A stretch of 64,000 nt of DNA from an uncultured Gemmatimonadales bacterium (GCA_963795085.1 CAWCFX010000001.1:864001-928000), one strand, 5' to 3'. Numbered from the stretch's first letter, positions 51,695 to 61,059 are shown. Notes: generated from the letters alone by a model not told the origin. Numbers and translations: made by a program.

Positions 51695-51737
51695 GGGCCA
51701 GGGGGTCAGTGGGCCAGTGGGTCAGTGGGTCAGTGGG
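51695..51737. repeat. 8-bp repeat GGGTCAGT
   Basis: About 5 units after the E1 beta stop. Confidence 0.75.
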
Positions 51738-51826
51738 ACGAGGTCAGATTGCGGAGCGGGATCAGTGATGCGCGGCAGTGTTCTCGTCCGCCCGTCCGCC
51801 TGCCCGCCCTTTAAATGGAGAACAGC

Positions 51827-53155
51827 ATGGCCAAGATTGACGTCATCATGCCGCAGATGGGCGAGTCCATCGCGGAAGGCACCCTGTCCCGGTGGATGAA
51901 GAAGATCGGGGACGAAGTCAAGCGCGATGAGCCGATCTTCGAGATATCCACGGACAAGGTGGATGCCGAAATTCCCAGCCCCAGTGCCGGCACCCTGAGC
52001 GAGATCCTGGTGCAGGAAGGCCAGACCGTCGCGGTCCAGACGGTGGTTGCGCGCATCGAGACCGAGGCGGGGGCCGCGGCGGCCGCTCCCGCCCCGGCCC
52101 CGACGCCGGCCGCTCCCGTGCCGCAAGCTCCGGTGGCGGCGGCCGCGCCGGCCGCCCCGGCACCCAATGCTCCGGCTCCGCAGGCGCCCGCCGCATCCGC
52201 GCCGGCCTCCCCTGCCGACGAGACGGCCGACGAGCGGCTGCGCCGCAAGTCCACCCCGCTGGTGCGCAAGATGGCCGCCGAGCACAACCTGGATATTGCC
52301 GCCATCCCCGGCACCGGCCACGCCGGACGGGTCACCAAGAATGACGTGCTGGCGCACCTGGAATCACCGGCGGCCCCGGCTCCCGCCGCCCCAGCCGCCG
52401 GGCGCCCCGCCCCCGGTCCGGCCATGCCGGGGCCGGTGGTCGAGGCCTGGGCCGGCGACAAGGTCGAGCCCTGGTCCCGCATCCGGAAGCTCACCGCCGA
52501 TCACATGGTGATGTCGCGCCGGGTCTCGGCCCACGTGTCCAGCTATTTCGACGTGGACTACACCCACATCACCAAGCTGCGGGGCCGCAAGAAGGCCGAG
52601 TATGCCGGCCGGGGCGTCAACCTGACGTTCCTCGCGTTCATCGTGAAGGCGGTGGCCGACAACATCCGCAAGCACCCGGTGGTGAATGCCGCGGTGTCCA
52701 ACGACGCGACGATCTACCGCAACGAGATCAACATCGGGATCGCCGTGGCCCTCGACTGGGGCCTCATCGTGCCGGTCATCAGGCACGCCGACGAGCTCTC
52801 GCTCCTCGGCGTCGCCCGGGCGATCAACGATCTCGGGGAACGGGCCCGCACCAAGAAGCTCAATCCCGACGAGGTCCAGCGGGGGACCTTCACCATTACC
52901 AACCCCGGCGTTTTCGGCGGGGTGATCGGGTTTCCCATCATCAACCAGCCGCAGGTCGCTATCCTCGGCGTGGGCGGCATCAGCAAACAGCCCGCGGTGA
53001 TGACCCTGGACGACGGCACCGACGTGATCGCGGTCCGCACCCGGGGGATCATCTCCATGACCTACGACCACCGGGTGGTGGACGGCGCCGACGGCGACCG
53101 GTTCCTCGCCGATGTCAAGAAGACGCTGGAGTCGTTCCCCGAGACCGCCGTCTGA
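51827..53155 (+). CDS. 2-oxoacid dehydrogenase E2 (dihydrolipoamide acyltransferase)
   Basis: Lipoyl domain ISTDKVD, STPLVRK...GTGHAGRVTK, GTFTITN, DHRVVDG. Confidence 0.93.
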   Translation: MAKIDVIMPQMGESIAEGTLSRWMKKIGDEVKRDEPIFEISTDKVDAEIPSPSAGTLSEILVQEGQTVAVQTVVARIETEAGAAAAAPAPAPTPAAPVPQAPVAAAAPAAPAPNAPAPQAPAASAPASPADETADERLRRKSTPLVRKMAAEHNLDIAAIPGTGHAGRVTKNDVLAHLESPAAPAPAAPAAGRPAPGPAMPGPVVEAWAGDKVEPWSRIRKLTADHMVMSRRVSAHVSSYFDVDYTHITKLRGRKKAEYAGRGVNLTFLAFIVKAVADNIRKHPVVNAAVSNDATIYRNEINIGIAVALDWGLIVPVIRHADELSLLGVARAINDLGERARTKKLNPDEVQRGTFTITNPGVFGGVIGFPIINQPQVAILGVGGISKQPAVMTLDDGTDVIAVRTRGIISMTYDHRVVDGADGDRFLADVKKTLESFPETAV

Positions 53156-53187
53156 GCGGTGTCCGCTGACGCGGCGAGGAGGCTGGC

Positions 53188-53502
53188 ATGTCGCGAACGT
53201 TGAGCGTGGCCCGGCTGGCGGTGCACCCGGCCCGGCAGCCGGAATACCTGGCAGCGATCCGGGAACTGGCCGTCCTCGCCGCCCGCCGGGGGCAGCATGT
53301 CTGGGTGTTTCGCAGCCAGAGCGATCCCGATACTTTCCTGGAGTTCAGCGAGAGCCCGACCCCGATGTCGCACCGGAACGTGGCCTCGCGGACGCCGGAG
53401 GAACTGCGGGTGGAACAGCGGCTGCACAAGGTCGCCGGATACCAGCGGGACTCCGCGGAGTTGTGGGAGGAGGTTCCGTTGAACAGTGAGATCAGCGGGT
53501 GA
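53188..53502 (+). CDS. Hypothetical protein
   Basis: GAGG RBS; WVFRSQSDPDTFLEFSE, dimeric alpha-beta-barrel-like pattern. Confidence 0.65.
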   Translation: MSRTLSVARLAVHPARQPEYLAAIRELAVLAARRGQHVWVFRSQSDPDTFLEFSESPTPMSHRNVASRTPEELRVEQRLHKVAGYQRDSAELWEEVPLNSEISG

Positions 53503-53507
53503 TAAAA

Positions 53508-53550
53508 GGGGGCAAGGGGGCAAGGGGGCAAGAGGGCAAGAGGGCAGGGT
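53508..53550. repeat. 8-bp repeat G(G/A)GGCAAG
   Basis: About 5 units after the stop codon. Confidence 0.75.
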
Positions 53551-53596
53551 GGCAATCACTCCAATGTCCCGCTGACCTCATGACCGAGAGAACTGA

Positions 53597-53884
53597 GTGA
53601 ACCGAAAGGTGGGCCAAGTGCCGTCTCGCACCATCGACATCGAAGGCCAGGAATGGGCGGTGACCTCGACCGGCCGGGTGACGCAATACACCCGGGATGA
53701 GTTCGGGCTCTTTTTCACCCGCGGGAGCGGGCCCGGGCGGGAACGCCGGGTGATGCGGTTCTCGCCGCTCGGCGCCCGGAGCCCGGATGCCGCGCTCCAC
53801 GGTCTCAGCGACCGAAAGCTCCGGGAATACTTCTCCATGTCGCAGCCCTCCTGGACCGCGCCGGAAACCGGATACCGCCGCTGA
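53597..53884 (+). CDS. Hypothetical protein
   Basis: GRVTQYTRDEFGLFF...SQPSWTAPETGY; coding-like bias. Confidence 0.65.
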   Translation: MNRKVGQVPSRTIDIEGQEWAVTSTGRVTQYTRDEFGLFFTRGSGPGRERRVMRFSPLGARSPDAALHGLSDRKLREYFSMSQPSWTAPETGYRR

Positions 53885-54729
53885 ACGCCGCTGCCTGCAT
53901 CGATCTCCATTTGCATTCGACCGCGTCCGATGGAGAATGCGCGCCTGCCGCGGTCGCGGCGCGGGCGGCCGGGCTCGGCCTGGCGGCGATCGCCCTGACC
54001 GATCACGACTCGGTGGCCGGCGTGGCGGAGGCCCGGCGCGAAGGCGACCGGCTCGGCGTCCGGGTGATCGGCGGCTGCGAGTTCTCGGTGGCCGCTCCCT
54101 GGGGCGAGATGCACCTGCTGGCCTACTTTCTCGATGCCGATTCCCCCGGGTTGGAGGCGTTTCTCGCGGCGACCCGGGCCCGCCGCCTGCTCCGGGCGGA
54201 GGAAATCGTCCGGCGTCTCAACGCCATGGGCGTCACGATCTCGGTGGAGGATGTCCTCGCCGAGTCGGGCGGCGGCGCGGTGGGCCGGCCCCATGTGGGG
54301 CGGGCCCTGATCAAGCGGGGGGCGGTCCGGGGGCTCAACGAGGCCTTCGACCGCTATATCGGCCGCGGCCGGCAGGGCTACGTCCCCAAGGTCCTGCCCA
54401 CCCTCGGCGAGGTGTGCGACCTGGTGCACGGCGCCAACGGGCTCACCAGCGCTGCCCATCTCAAGGACCGGGGCAACCGGAGCAGCCTGAAGAAGTTCAA
54501 GGATGCCGGGCTCGATGCGGTCGAAACCCGGCATCCCAGCCACCACCCGGAACAGCGCGCCGCCCTGACCGATCTCGCGCTGGAGCTGGGCCTGCTCCGC
54601 ACTGGCGGCAGCGACTGGCACGGCGACGGGCTGGCCGGAGAATCCCACGGAACCATGGGCTCCCAATCGGTGCCGGCGGAATGGCTGGCCCTGCTGGAAG
54701 ACCGGGTTCGCCTCCCCCGGAACGCCTGA
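53881..54729 (+). CDS. PHP-domain phosphoesterase (YciV/TrpH-like); start probably CTG
   Basis: IDLHLHSTASDG, ALTDHD, GRPHVG, TGGSDWHG. Confidence 0.88.
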   Translation: MNAAACIDLHLHSTASDGECAPAAVAARAAGLGLAAIALTDHDSVAGVAEARREGDRLGVRVIGGCEFSVAAPWGEMHLLAYFLDADSPGLEAFLAATRARRLLRAEEIVRRLNAMGVTISVEDVLAESGGGAVGRPHVGRALIKRGAVRGLNEAFDRYIGRGRQGYVPKVLPTLGEVCDLVHGANGLTSAAHLKDRGNRSSLKKFKDAGLDAVETRHPSHHPEQRAALTDLALELGLLRTGGSDWHGDGLAGESHGTMGSQSVPAEWLALLEDRVRLPRNA

Positions 54730-55946
54730 TGTCCGATCCCCTCTCGCCCGGCGAAGTCGCCCCCGACTTTCTCGCCACCGGCTCCGACGGCAAACGCTAC
54801 CGGCTGAGCGACATGATCCGGGACTCGGCGGTCCTGCTGGTCTTTTACCCGGGCAACGATACCCCGGGCTGAAACCGCCAACTCTCCGCCGTGCGCGATG
54901 AGATCAGCCAGTATGAAAAACTCGGAGTCAGGCCCGTCGGCATCAACCCGGCGGCCCCCGACAAGCATGCCGGCTACGCCGAGCGGCTGAAGCTGCCGTT
55001 CCCGCTGCTGTCCGATCCCGACGGCGCCATCGCGAAGCGCTACAACGCGGCCAAACCGCTGGGGATCGGGATCACGCGGACGGTGTATCTTGTAGGGAAG
55101 GACGGCACGATTCTGTACGGTGCCCGGGGAGCCCCGGGGGCCGAAATTTCACTGGCGCCGCTCGCCGAGCCGCGCCGGACCGCCGGATCCCGGCGCAAGC
55201 CCAAACCCAGTGCTCTGCCACGGACCATGCTCACATTTGATTTCAGCGGGAAAGTCGTACTGGTCACCGGGGTGGCCCGGGTAGGCCAGATCGGTTATGC
55301 GGTGGCGGAGGCCTTCGGCCGGTCGGGCGCCAAGCTGGTGGCGGCGGACCGGAACGCCGTGGCGGTGGCGGAGCGGGCCCGCGAGTTCCAGGCTCTGGGC
55401 ATCGAGGCCCGCCCGGCCGCCGGCGATCTGACCGAGGCCGATATCGCCGCGCTGGCGGTGGAGACGGCGATCAAGCACTACGGCCGGCTCGATGTGCTGG
55501 TCAACGTCGCCGGCGGGCTCACCACCTTCGGGCCGCTGCTGGAGACATCCCCTGACGATTTCGACCGCGAGGTGGCCATCAACCTGAAGACCGCCTACGT
55601 CATGTGCCGCGCCTCGGTCACCGAACTGGCCCGGGCCCGCGGGTGCATCATCAACTTCGCTTCGGCGGCGCTGTTGCATCCGGACGCCGGCCTCTCGGTC
55701 TATGGCGCGGCCAAGGGCGGGGTGGCCGGTTTCACCACCAGCCTGGCCGCCGAACTGTGGCCCCGCGGTGTCCGGGTCAACGCGATCGCGCCCACCATGG
55801 TCCGCACCGTCGAGAACGTGGCCTCGGTCGGCGAGAGCGCCCACTACGTGGAAATGAAGGACATCGTCAACGCGGTGATGTTCCTGGCCAGCGAAGGCTC
55901 CGCGGCGATCACCGGCCACCTCCTCCCCATTACCAGCGGCTCGTGA
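54729..55946 (+). CDS. Probable selenocysteine peroxiredoxin (BCP-like; TGA 54870-54872), continuing in frame into an SDR
   Basis: GEVAPDF...LVFYPGNDTPG-TGA-NRQLSAVRD...LPFPLLSDPDG...RTVYLVGKDG in one frame. The TGA sits at the peroxidatic PxxxTxxC position and there is no stop before the SDR. Confidence 0.8.
54873..54905 (+). promoter_or_regulatory. Candidate bacterial SECIS hairpin
   Basis: ctc-tc-cgc-CGT-gcg-c-ga-t-gag stem-loop; apical loop about 17 nt after the UGA, G at second loop position. Confidence 0.45.
55227..55946 (+). CDS. Short-chain dehydrogenase/reductase (own ATG; also in frame with upstream Prx)
   Basis: GKVVLVTGVAR.GQIG, LDVLVNVAG, YGAAK, GVRVNAIAP, FLAS...ITG. Confidence 0.88.
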   Translation: MLTFDFSGKVVLVTGVARVGQIGYAVAEAFGRSGAKLVAADRNAVAVAERAREFQALGIEARPAAGDLTEADIAALAVETAIKHYGRLDVLVNVAGGLTTFGPLLETSPDDFDREVAINLKTAYVMCRASVTELARARGCIINFASAALLHPDAGLSVYGAAKGGVAGFTTSLAAELWPRGVRVNAIAPTMVRTVENVASVGESAHYVEMKDIVNAVMFLASEGSAAITGHLLPITSGS

Positions 55947-55951
55947 CCGGC

Positions 55952-56707
55952 ATGGATGTCGTCACCCTCGGTGACGTCATCATCATCGGGGGTGGCTGCT
56001 ACGGCACCTTCTACACCCGGCAGCTGGAAGAGGCCCGCGTCCGCGGCAAGGCGGCCTATCGCAGGCTGCTGGTCGTGGACCGCGACCCCGACTGCCAGGC
56101 CAGGCGCGAGCTGGCCCCGGCGGCGGACCGGGAACTGGTGCCCGCCGACTGGGGCGATTTCCTCGACGACTACCTCGGCCGTCACCGCCCGGGCGGTGAG
56201 CGCCTGGTCCCCGATGTCATCGTCCCTTCACCGCTGATGCCCCACCTCATGTATCAGTGGCTGGTCCGCCGCGCCCAGGCCCGCTGGCCCGGCCGCACCG
56301 TGGAAACGCGGCCGGTTCCCCTGGCCCCCGGCACCCCGTACGACACGTCGGCGCCCGACCACACCCGCTACATCTCGTTCGCGGACTGGCTCTGCCCCAC
56401 CCACTGCGTGGAGCCGGCGCTCTGCCCGGTAATCCGGGCGCCCCGCACCTGGGAAATGGCGGAGGCGCTGGAGGACCTGGCCCGCCGGATGGCACGCGAC
56501 GGCCGGGTCGCGGGGCCGGTGCTCTTCCAGTGCCAGCACACCGTCTTCGGCGTCGGCACCTTCCGCGTGGATGCCGTGCTGACGGGGGACCAGGTGGTGC
56601 AGTCCGCGGGCGCGGACGGGGGCGAAGCCGCGGTTCTGGTGGGCACTGTTTCGTCCTGCCATGGCGCCGTCAACCTGCTTCGGCTGGGACCCACGGGGAA
56701 CCACTGA
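55952..56707 (+). CDS. Hypothetical Rossmann-like, Cys-rich protein
   Basis: IIIGGGCYG, VVDRDP, PSPLMPH, CPTHCVEPALCP, GTVSSCHG. Confidence 0.7.
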   Translation: MDVVTLGDVIIIGGGCYGTFYTRQLEEARVRGKAAYRRLLVVDRDPDCQARRELAPAADRELVPADWGDFLDDYLGRHRPGGERLVPDVIVPSPLMPHLMYQWLVRRAQARWPGRTVETRPVPLAPGTPYDTSAPDHTRYISFADWLCPTHCVEPALCPVIRAPRTWEMAEALEDLARRMARDGRVAGPVLFQCQHTVFGVGTFRVDAVLTGDQVVQSAGADGGEAAVLVGTVSSCHGAVNLLRLGPTGNH

Positions 56708-56752
56708 TGGTTCTATATTGAGCAGGATTGACACCCGGAACGGAGAGATCGC

Positions 56753-57781
56753 GTGGCCCTGGAAAAGATCGTCATCATCGGCAGTGGACCGGCAGCATGG
56801 ACGGCAGCGCTTTATGCCTCGCGGGCCAACCTGGACCCGGTGGTCTACGAGGGCGAAGGCAGCCGGGAAATGATCCCCGGCGGACAGCTCATGTGGACGA
56901 CCGACATCGAGAACTACCCCGGGTTTCCCGAGAGCATCGGCGGCCAGGAACTGATGGGGCGGATGAAAGACCAGGCCATCCGGTTCGGGACCCGGGTGGT
57001 GTCCGAAAACATCACCGCCGTGGACTTCAGCGGGCATCCTTTCCGGCTCACCGCCAGCAGCGGAACCGGGATCGACGCCATCACCGTGGTGCTGGCGAGC
57101 GGGGCCCGGGCCAACTGGCTGGGGCTGCCCAACGAGGAGCGGCTGGCCCGGAACGGGGGCGGGGTGTCGGCCTGCGCGGTGTGTGACGGGGCGCTGCCCT
57201 TTTACCGGAACAAGCGGCTCTGCGTGGTGGGCGGCGGCGATTCCGCCATGGAAGAGGCGACCTACCTCAGCAAGTTTGCCAGCGAGGTGGTCATCCTCCA
57301 CCGGCGTGACAGTTTCCGCGCGTCCAAGGTCATGGCCGACCGCGCGCTCGGCAATCCCAAGATCCGGGTGGAATGGAACACCGAGGTCACCGATGTCCTG
57401 GGCGACGACTTCATCACCGGTGTCCGGGTGCGGGATACCGTGACCGGCGCCCAGCGTGACATCGAGTGCGGCGGGCTCTTCGTGGCGATCGGCCACACGC
57501 CCAACACCGATTTCCTGGCCGGCCAGGTGGCCCTCCATTCGACCGGGTACATTGTCACCCCGAGCCCCTGGCGCACCTGCACCAGCGTGCCTGGCGTGTT
57601 CGCCGCGGGCGATGCCATGGACAGCTATTACCGGCAGGCGATCACCGCGGCCGGCACCGGGTGCATGGCCGCGCTCGAAGCCGAACGGTGGATGGCGCAC
57701 CATCACATCGAAGGGACCGCCGCGCCGGTGCTGGAGACCGCCGAGGCGCCATCCACGCTCGATACCCGGTTGAATCCGTGA
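56753..57781 (+). CDS. trxB: Thioredoxin reductase
   Basis: IIGSGPAAWTAA, GGQLM, ENYPGF, SACAVCDG, GGGDSAMEEA, HRRD, YRQAITAAG. Confidence 0.96.
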   Translation: MALEKIVIIGSGPAAWTAALYASRANLDPVVYEGEGSREMIPGGQLMWTTDIENYPGFPESIGGQELMGRMKDQAIRFGTRVVSENITAVDFSGHPFRLTASSGTGIDAITVVLASGARANWLGLPNEERLARNGGGVSACAVCDGALPFYRNKRLCVVGGGDSAMEEATYLSKFASEVVILHRRDSFRASKVMADRALGNPKIRVEWNTEVTDVLGDDFITGVRVRDTVTGAQRDIECGGLFVAIGHTPNTDFLAGQVALHSTGYIVTPSPWRTCTSVPGVFAAGDAMDSYYRQAITAAGTGCMAALEAERWMAHHHIEGTAAPVLETAEAPSTLDTRLNP

Positions 57782-58434
57782 ACGCCCTGACTCCGGTCGT
57801 GGTCCCCATTCCCAATGGGCAGTTCCTGGAGAACTGCTACCTCGTGGCGGACCCGGTCCGGGGCGTGGCGGTCATGGTGGACCCGGGGGAGGAAGCGGGC
57901 CGGTTTCTCGCCGAACTGCGGCGGCGGGAATGGTCGCTCGAGGCGATCTGGCTGACCCACGCGCATCTCGATCATATCATGGGGATCGGGGCGGTGCGGG
58001 AGGCCTGCCCGGACGTGCCCATACACCTCCATCCGGCGGACCGCCCCCTCTACGACGGGCTGCCGGAGCAGGGGCGCTGGATGGGAATCCGGGCCGCGGC
58101 CCCGCCGCCGCCGGACCGCGACCTGGTCCCGGGCCAGGTGGTCGCGGTGGGGGACTTCGAGTTCGCCGTTCGCTTCGTGCCGGGCCATTCGCCCGGACAC
58201 GTGGCGTTCGTGGGGCATGGCATGGTACTGGGTGGCGACGTGCTCTTCAACGGCTCCATCGGCCGGACCGACCTGCCCGGTGGCGACTTCGCCACCCTGA
58301 TGCAGAGCATCCAGGCGGAATTCCTTTCGCTGCCCGATTCCACCATCGTGTACAGCGGGCACGGGCCGGAGACCACGATCGGCGTGGAGCGAGTGTCCAA
58401 TCCCTTCCTGACCGGCGCGTACCGGCTTGGGTAG
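57778..58434 (+). CDS. MBL-fold metallo-hydrolase (YcbL/GloB-like)
   Basis: ENCY, VDPG, THAHLDHI, PGHSPG, GDVLF.GSIGRTD, GHG. Confidence 0.9.
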   Translation: MNALTPVVVPIPNGQFLENCYLVADPVRGVAVMVDPGEEAGRFLAELRRREWSLEAIWLTHAHLDHIMGIGAVREACPDVPIHLHPADRPLYDGLPEQGRWMGIRAAAPPPPDRDLVPGQVVAVGDFEFAVRFVPGHSPGHVAFVGHGMVLGGDVLFNGSIGRTDLPGGDFATLMQSIQAEFLSLPDSTIVYSGHGPETTIGVERVSNPFLTGAYRLG

Positions 58435-58627
58435 GGCGGACGGGACGGGCAAACAGTCGGGCGACAATAGTTCGGCTGGCCCGGGCGGAGCTCCTGGAAA
58501 CGCCGGTCCGCCGGCCGGCCCCACCTGTAACCGATGCGGATTCGTGGTGATCTCCCGGGTGTGGGGCTGCAAGAATCCCTGCCCCAACTGCCACACCGTC
58601 TATCCCCTGGGCGACTGCTCGGATTGA
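58427..58627 (+). CDS. Small Cys-rich zinc-finger-like protein
   Basis: CNRCG...CKNPCPNCH....GDCSD; overlaps both neighbours. Confidence 0.55.
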   Translation: MGRADGTGKQSGDNSSAGPGGAPGNAGPPAGPTCNRCGFVVISRVWGCKNPCPNCHTVYPLGDCSD

Positions 58628-59820
58628 GTCACACCCTTGCCGGTCCGCTCCGGCCCCAGGCCGAATTCGCCATCCTCGATATCACCAAGTTCTTTGGGGA
58701 CACCACCGGAGGGATCCGGACCTATCTCCTGGAAAAGGCGGCGTATGTCCGGGCCCGTCCGCAGCTGCGCCACTCCGTCATCGTGCCGGCCCGGGAGAAC
58801 GGCGTCCAGGAGGACGGCGGCACCCGCTGGTATCGGGTGGCGGGTCCCCGCATCCCGACCCAGGCGCCCTACCGCTTCCTGGTCAACCGTCCGGCCATCG
58901 CCCGCATTGTGGCCCGGGAACGTCCCCATGTCATCGAGGTAGGGAGTCCCTACCTGGTGCCATGGCTGGTCCGCCACGCGGCCGCTCCGCTCGGTATCCC
59001 CCTCGTCTGGTTCTATCACACCGATTTCCCCCGCATCCTTTCGCCCCGCCCGCCGGCGGACGGCTGGGTCCGCCGAACCGCCGGCCGGTTGGCTGAGCGG
59101 TATGTCGCGCGGTTGTCCCGGGTATTCGATGCCGCGGTGGGGGCCTCCGACGCCGCCGTGCGCCAGCTCGAGCGTGCCGGGTTCCGCCGGGTAGAAAAGA
59201 TTCCCCTCGGCGTCTCGCTGGATCTGTTTAATCCCGGCCGGCGGACGGGCGCCGCGGAAACCCGCCGGCGCCACGGCCTCCCCAATGGACCGCTGGCGAT
59301 CTACACCGGCCGGTTCGCGCGGGAGAAAGAACTGGGATTGGTGATTGATGCATGGCCTGAGGTGGAGCGTGCCACCGGTGCCACCCTCGTGCTGGTGGGC
59401 GATGGGCCCTCGCGGGCGTTCTTCCAGGATCGTTCCCGGGCGAGGCGCGTGGTCTGGCTACCCTATGAAACGGACCGGGAGCGGCTGGCCGACCTGGTCG
59501 CTTCGGCTGACATCTATCTCGCCCCGGGCCCGGCCGAAACCTTCGGCCTGAGCGCGCTGGAAGCATTGGCATCGGGCCTGCCGGTGGTCGCGTCGGACCA
59601 GGGGGCGGTGCGGGAACTGGTCGAGGCGTCCGGCGCCGGGGTGGTGAATCCGGAGCCTCGGGCCTCGGCCATGGCGGCCAGTATCATCCGGCTGCTCGGG
59701 CAGGACACCGCCGGGCTCGGCCAGCTGGGGCGCGCCTATGCCGAACAGCACCATGGATGGGACTCTGTCCTGGACCGGCTGTTCCATTTTTACCGGGATC
59801 TTCGCGACCGCCATGCTTGA
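58624..59820 (+). CDS. GT4 glycosyltransferase
   Basis: GGIRTY, FYHTD, GRFAREK, VGDGP, ETFGLSALEALASG. Confidence 0.9.
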   Translation: MSHTLAGPLRPQAEFAILDITKFFGDTTGGIRTYLLEKAAYVRARPQLRHSVIVPARENGVQEDGGTRWYRVAGPRIPTQAPYRFLVNRPAIARIVARERPHVIEVGSPYLVPWLVRHAAAPLGIPLVWFYHTDFPRILSPRPPADGWVRRTAGRLAERYVARLSRVFDAAVGASDAAVRQLERAGFRRVEKIPLGVSLDLFNPGRRTGAAETRRRHGLPNGPLAIYTGRFAREKELGLVIDAWPEVERATGATLVLVGDGPSRAFFQDRSRARRVVWLPYETDRERLADLVASADIYLAPGPAETFGLSALEALASGLPVVASDQGAVRELVEASGAGVVNPEPRASAMAASIIRLLGQDTAGLGQLGRAYAEQHHGWDSVLDRLFHFYRDLRDRHA

Positions 59821-60682
59821 GCCGGTCACGGCCCACCTCATCTGCATTGGCCTGGTCGCCGCCGATTACGGGGCGCGGAATCTCCGGATCCAGCTGCTGG
59901 CCCGGGGGGTGGGAGCCCGGCTGAGCACCGCCGACGCCATGGCGGTGAACGCGGTCGGGGACGCGGCCTGCGCGCTGACCCCTCTTCGGATTGCGGGAGA
60001 GCCGGCGCGGCTGGGCGTGATGTTCAAGAGCGGGGTGCCGGCCACCGGTGCCCTGGTCGCCATCACGCTCGAAGTGCTGGCCGCCTGGCCGGTGATCCTC
60101 GTGGCCGCCGGGCTGCTCGCCGCCGCCCACGCCGCCGCGTGGTGGTCGCAGGCGGGGCCCGGCCTGGCGGCGGCACTGCTCCAGGCCTGGCCCTGGGTGG
60201 CCGGCATTCTGCTGCTGATGGCGCTGGTATGGGTCTGGATTCGCCGCCGGATGCCCGCGGCGGCCACCCACCTCAACCGGCCCCTTCGCCGGATGCGGGT
60301 GCACTGGCGCCGGATGCCCTGGTCCGTCCTGCTGGCGACCACTCCGCTGACGCTGGTCAACCTGGCCACCCGGGTCGCGGTGCTCCCGGTGCTGGCCGCC
60401 ACCCTTCCCGATCCGCCGGCACTAGGGCCCTTGCTGGTCGGCTCGTTCGCGCTGCTCTACAGCCAGCTCATACTCCCCACGCCTTCCGGCGCCGGCGCGG
60501 TGGAGCTGGGGTTCCTGAGCGGCGCGGCCGGCAACCTGGGCACCGGCGAAGGCGCGCTCCTCCTGGCCTGGCGGTTCTACACGACCGGGATCGGGATTCT
60601 GCTGGGCGTGGCCATTGGGCTGCACCGATTCGGCTGGCGCGCCTTACGAGGCTGGCTGCGTCCCCGGGCCGGCGGGGACTGA
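59813..60682 (+). CDS. Lysylphosphatidylglycerol-synthase TM / flippase-like membrane protein
   Basis: TPLRIAGEP, PTPSGAGAVE, LLAWRFYT. Confidence 0.8.
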   Translation: MLEPVTAHLICIGLVAADYGARNLRIQLLARGVGARLSTADAMAVNAVGDAACALTPLRIAGEPARLGVMFKSGVPATGALVAITLEVLAAWPVILVAAGLLAAAHAAAWWSQAGPGLAAALLQAWPWVAGILLLMALVWVWIRRRMPAAATHLNRPLRRMRVHWRRMPWSVLLATTPLTLVNLATRVAVLPVLAATLPDPPALGPLLVGSFALLYSQLILPTPSGAGAVELGFLSGAAGNLGTGEGALLLAWRFYTTGIGILLGVAIGLHRFGWRALRGWLRPRAGGD

Positions 60683-61003
60683 CCGGGGCGGCGGGGCAAT
60701 CCCCACCAGCATGACCGTGCGCTCGGTGACCTCGGAAACCCCGTGCGGCACCCCCGCCGGGGCCCATACCAGCATGCCTCCGTTTACCGCCCGGCTCTCG
60801 TCTCCAATCGTCACCGTCGCCCGGCCCACCAGCACGTAGTAGAACTTGTCGGCGCCGGCGTGCCGGTGGACGGCCTGGCCCTGACCCGGCTCGAAGCAAT
60901 TGAGGCCCAGGAACAACTGGGCTCCGGTGAACAGGTCCGCCTTGGCGGAGCGGGCGGCATCGAACCGCGCCGCCGCCTCCGGCCGGATGTAGAAGTCGGT
61001 CAT
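60644..61003 (-). CDS. Cupin domain protein
   Basis: FEPGQGQAVHRH...YYVLVG, PAGVPHG. Confidence 0.85.
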   Translation of the reverse strand: MTDFYIRPEAAARFDAARSAKADLFTGAQLFLGLNCFEPGQGQAVHRHAGADKFYYVLVGRATVTIGDESRAVNGGMLVWAPAGVPHGVSEVTERTVMLVGIAPPPRSVPAGPGTQPAS

Positions 61004-61059
61004 CTTTGCTCCCCTCGAGTGACTTTACTTTTCTCCGCGGTTCTCTAGCTTCCCGCTCT

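Noticed and set aside
54870..54872. Peroxiredoxin pseudogene by nonsense mutation
   Set aside because: Not excluded but disfavoured: the TGA falls exactly on the catalytic residue, both halves are intact, and a SECIS-like hairpin follows.
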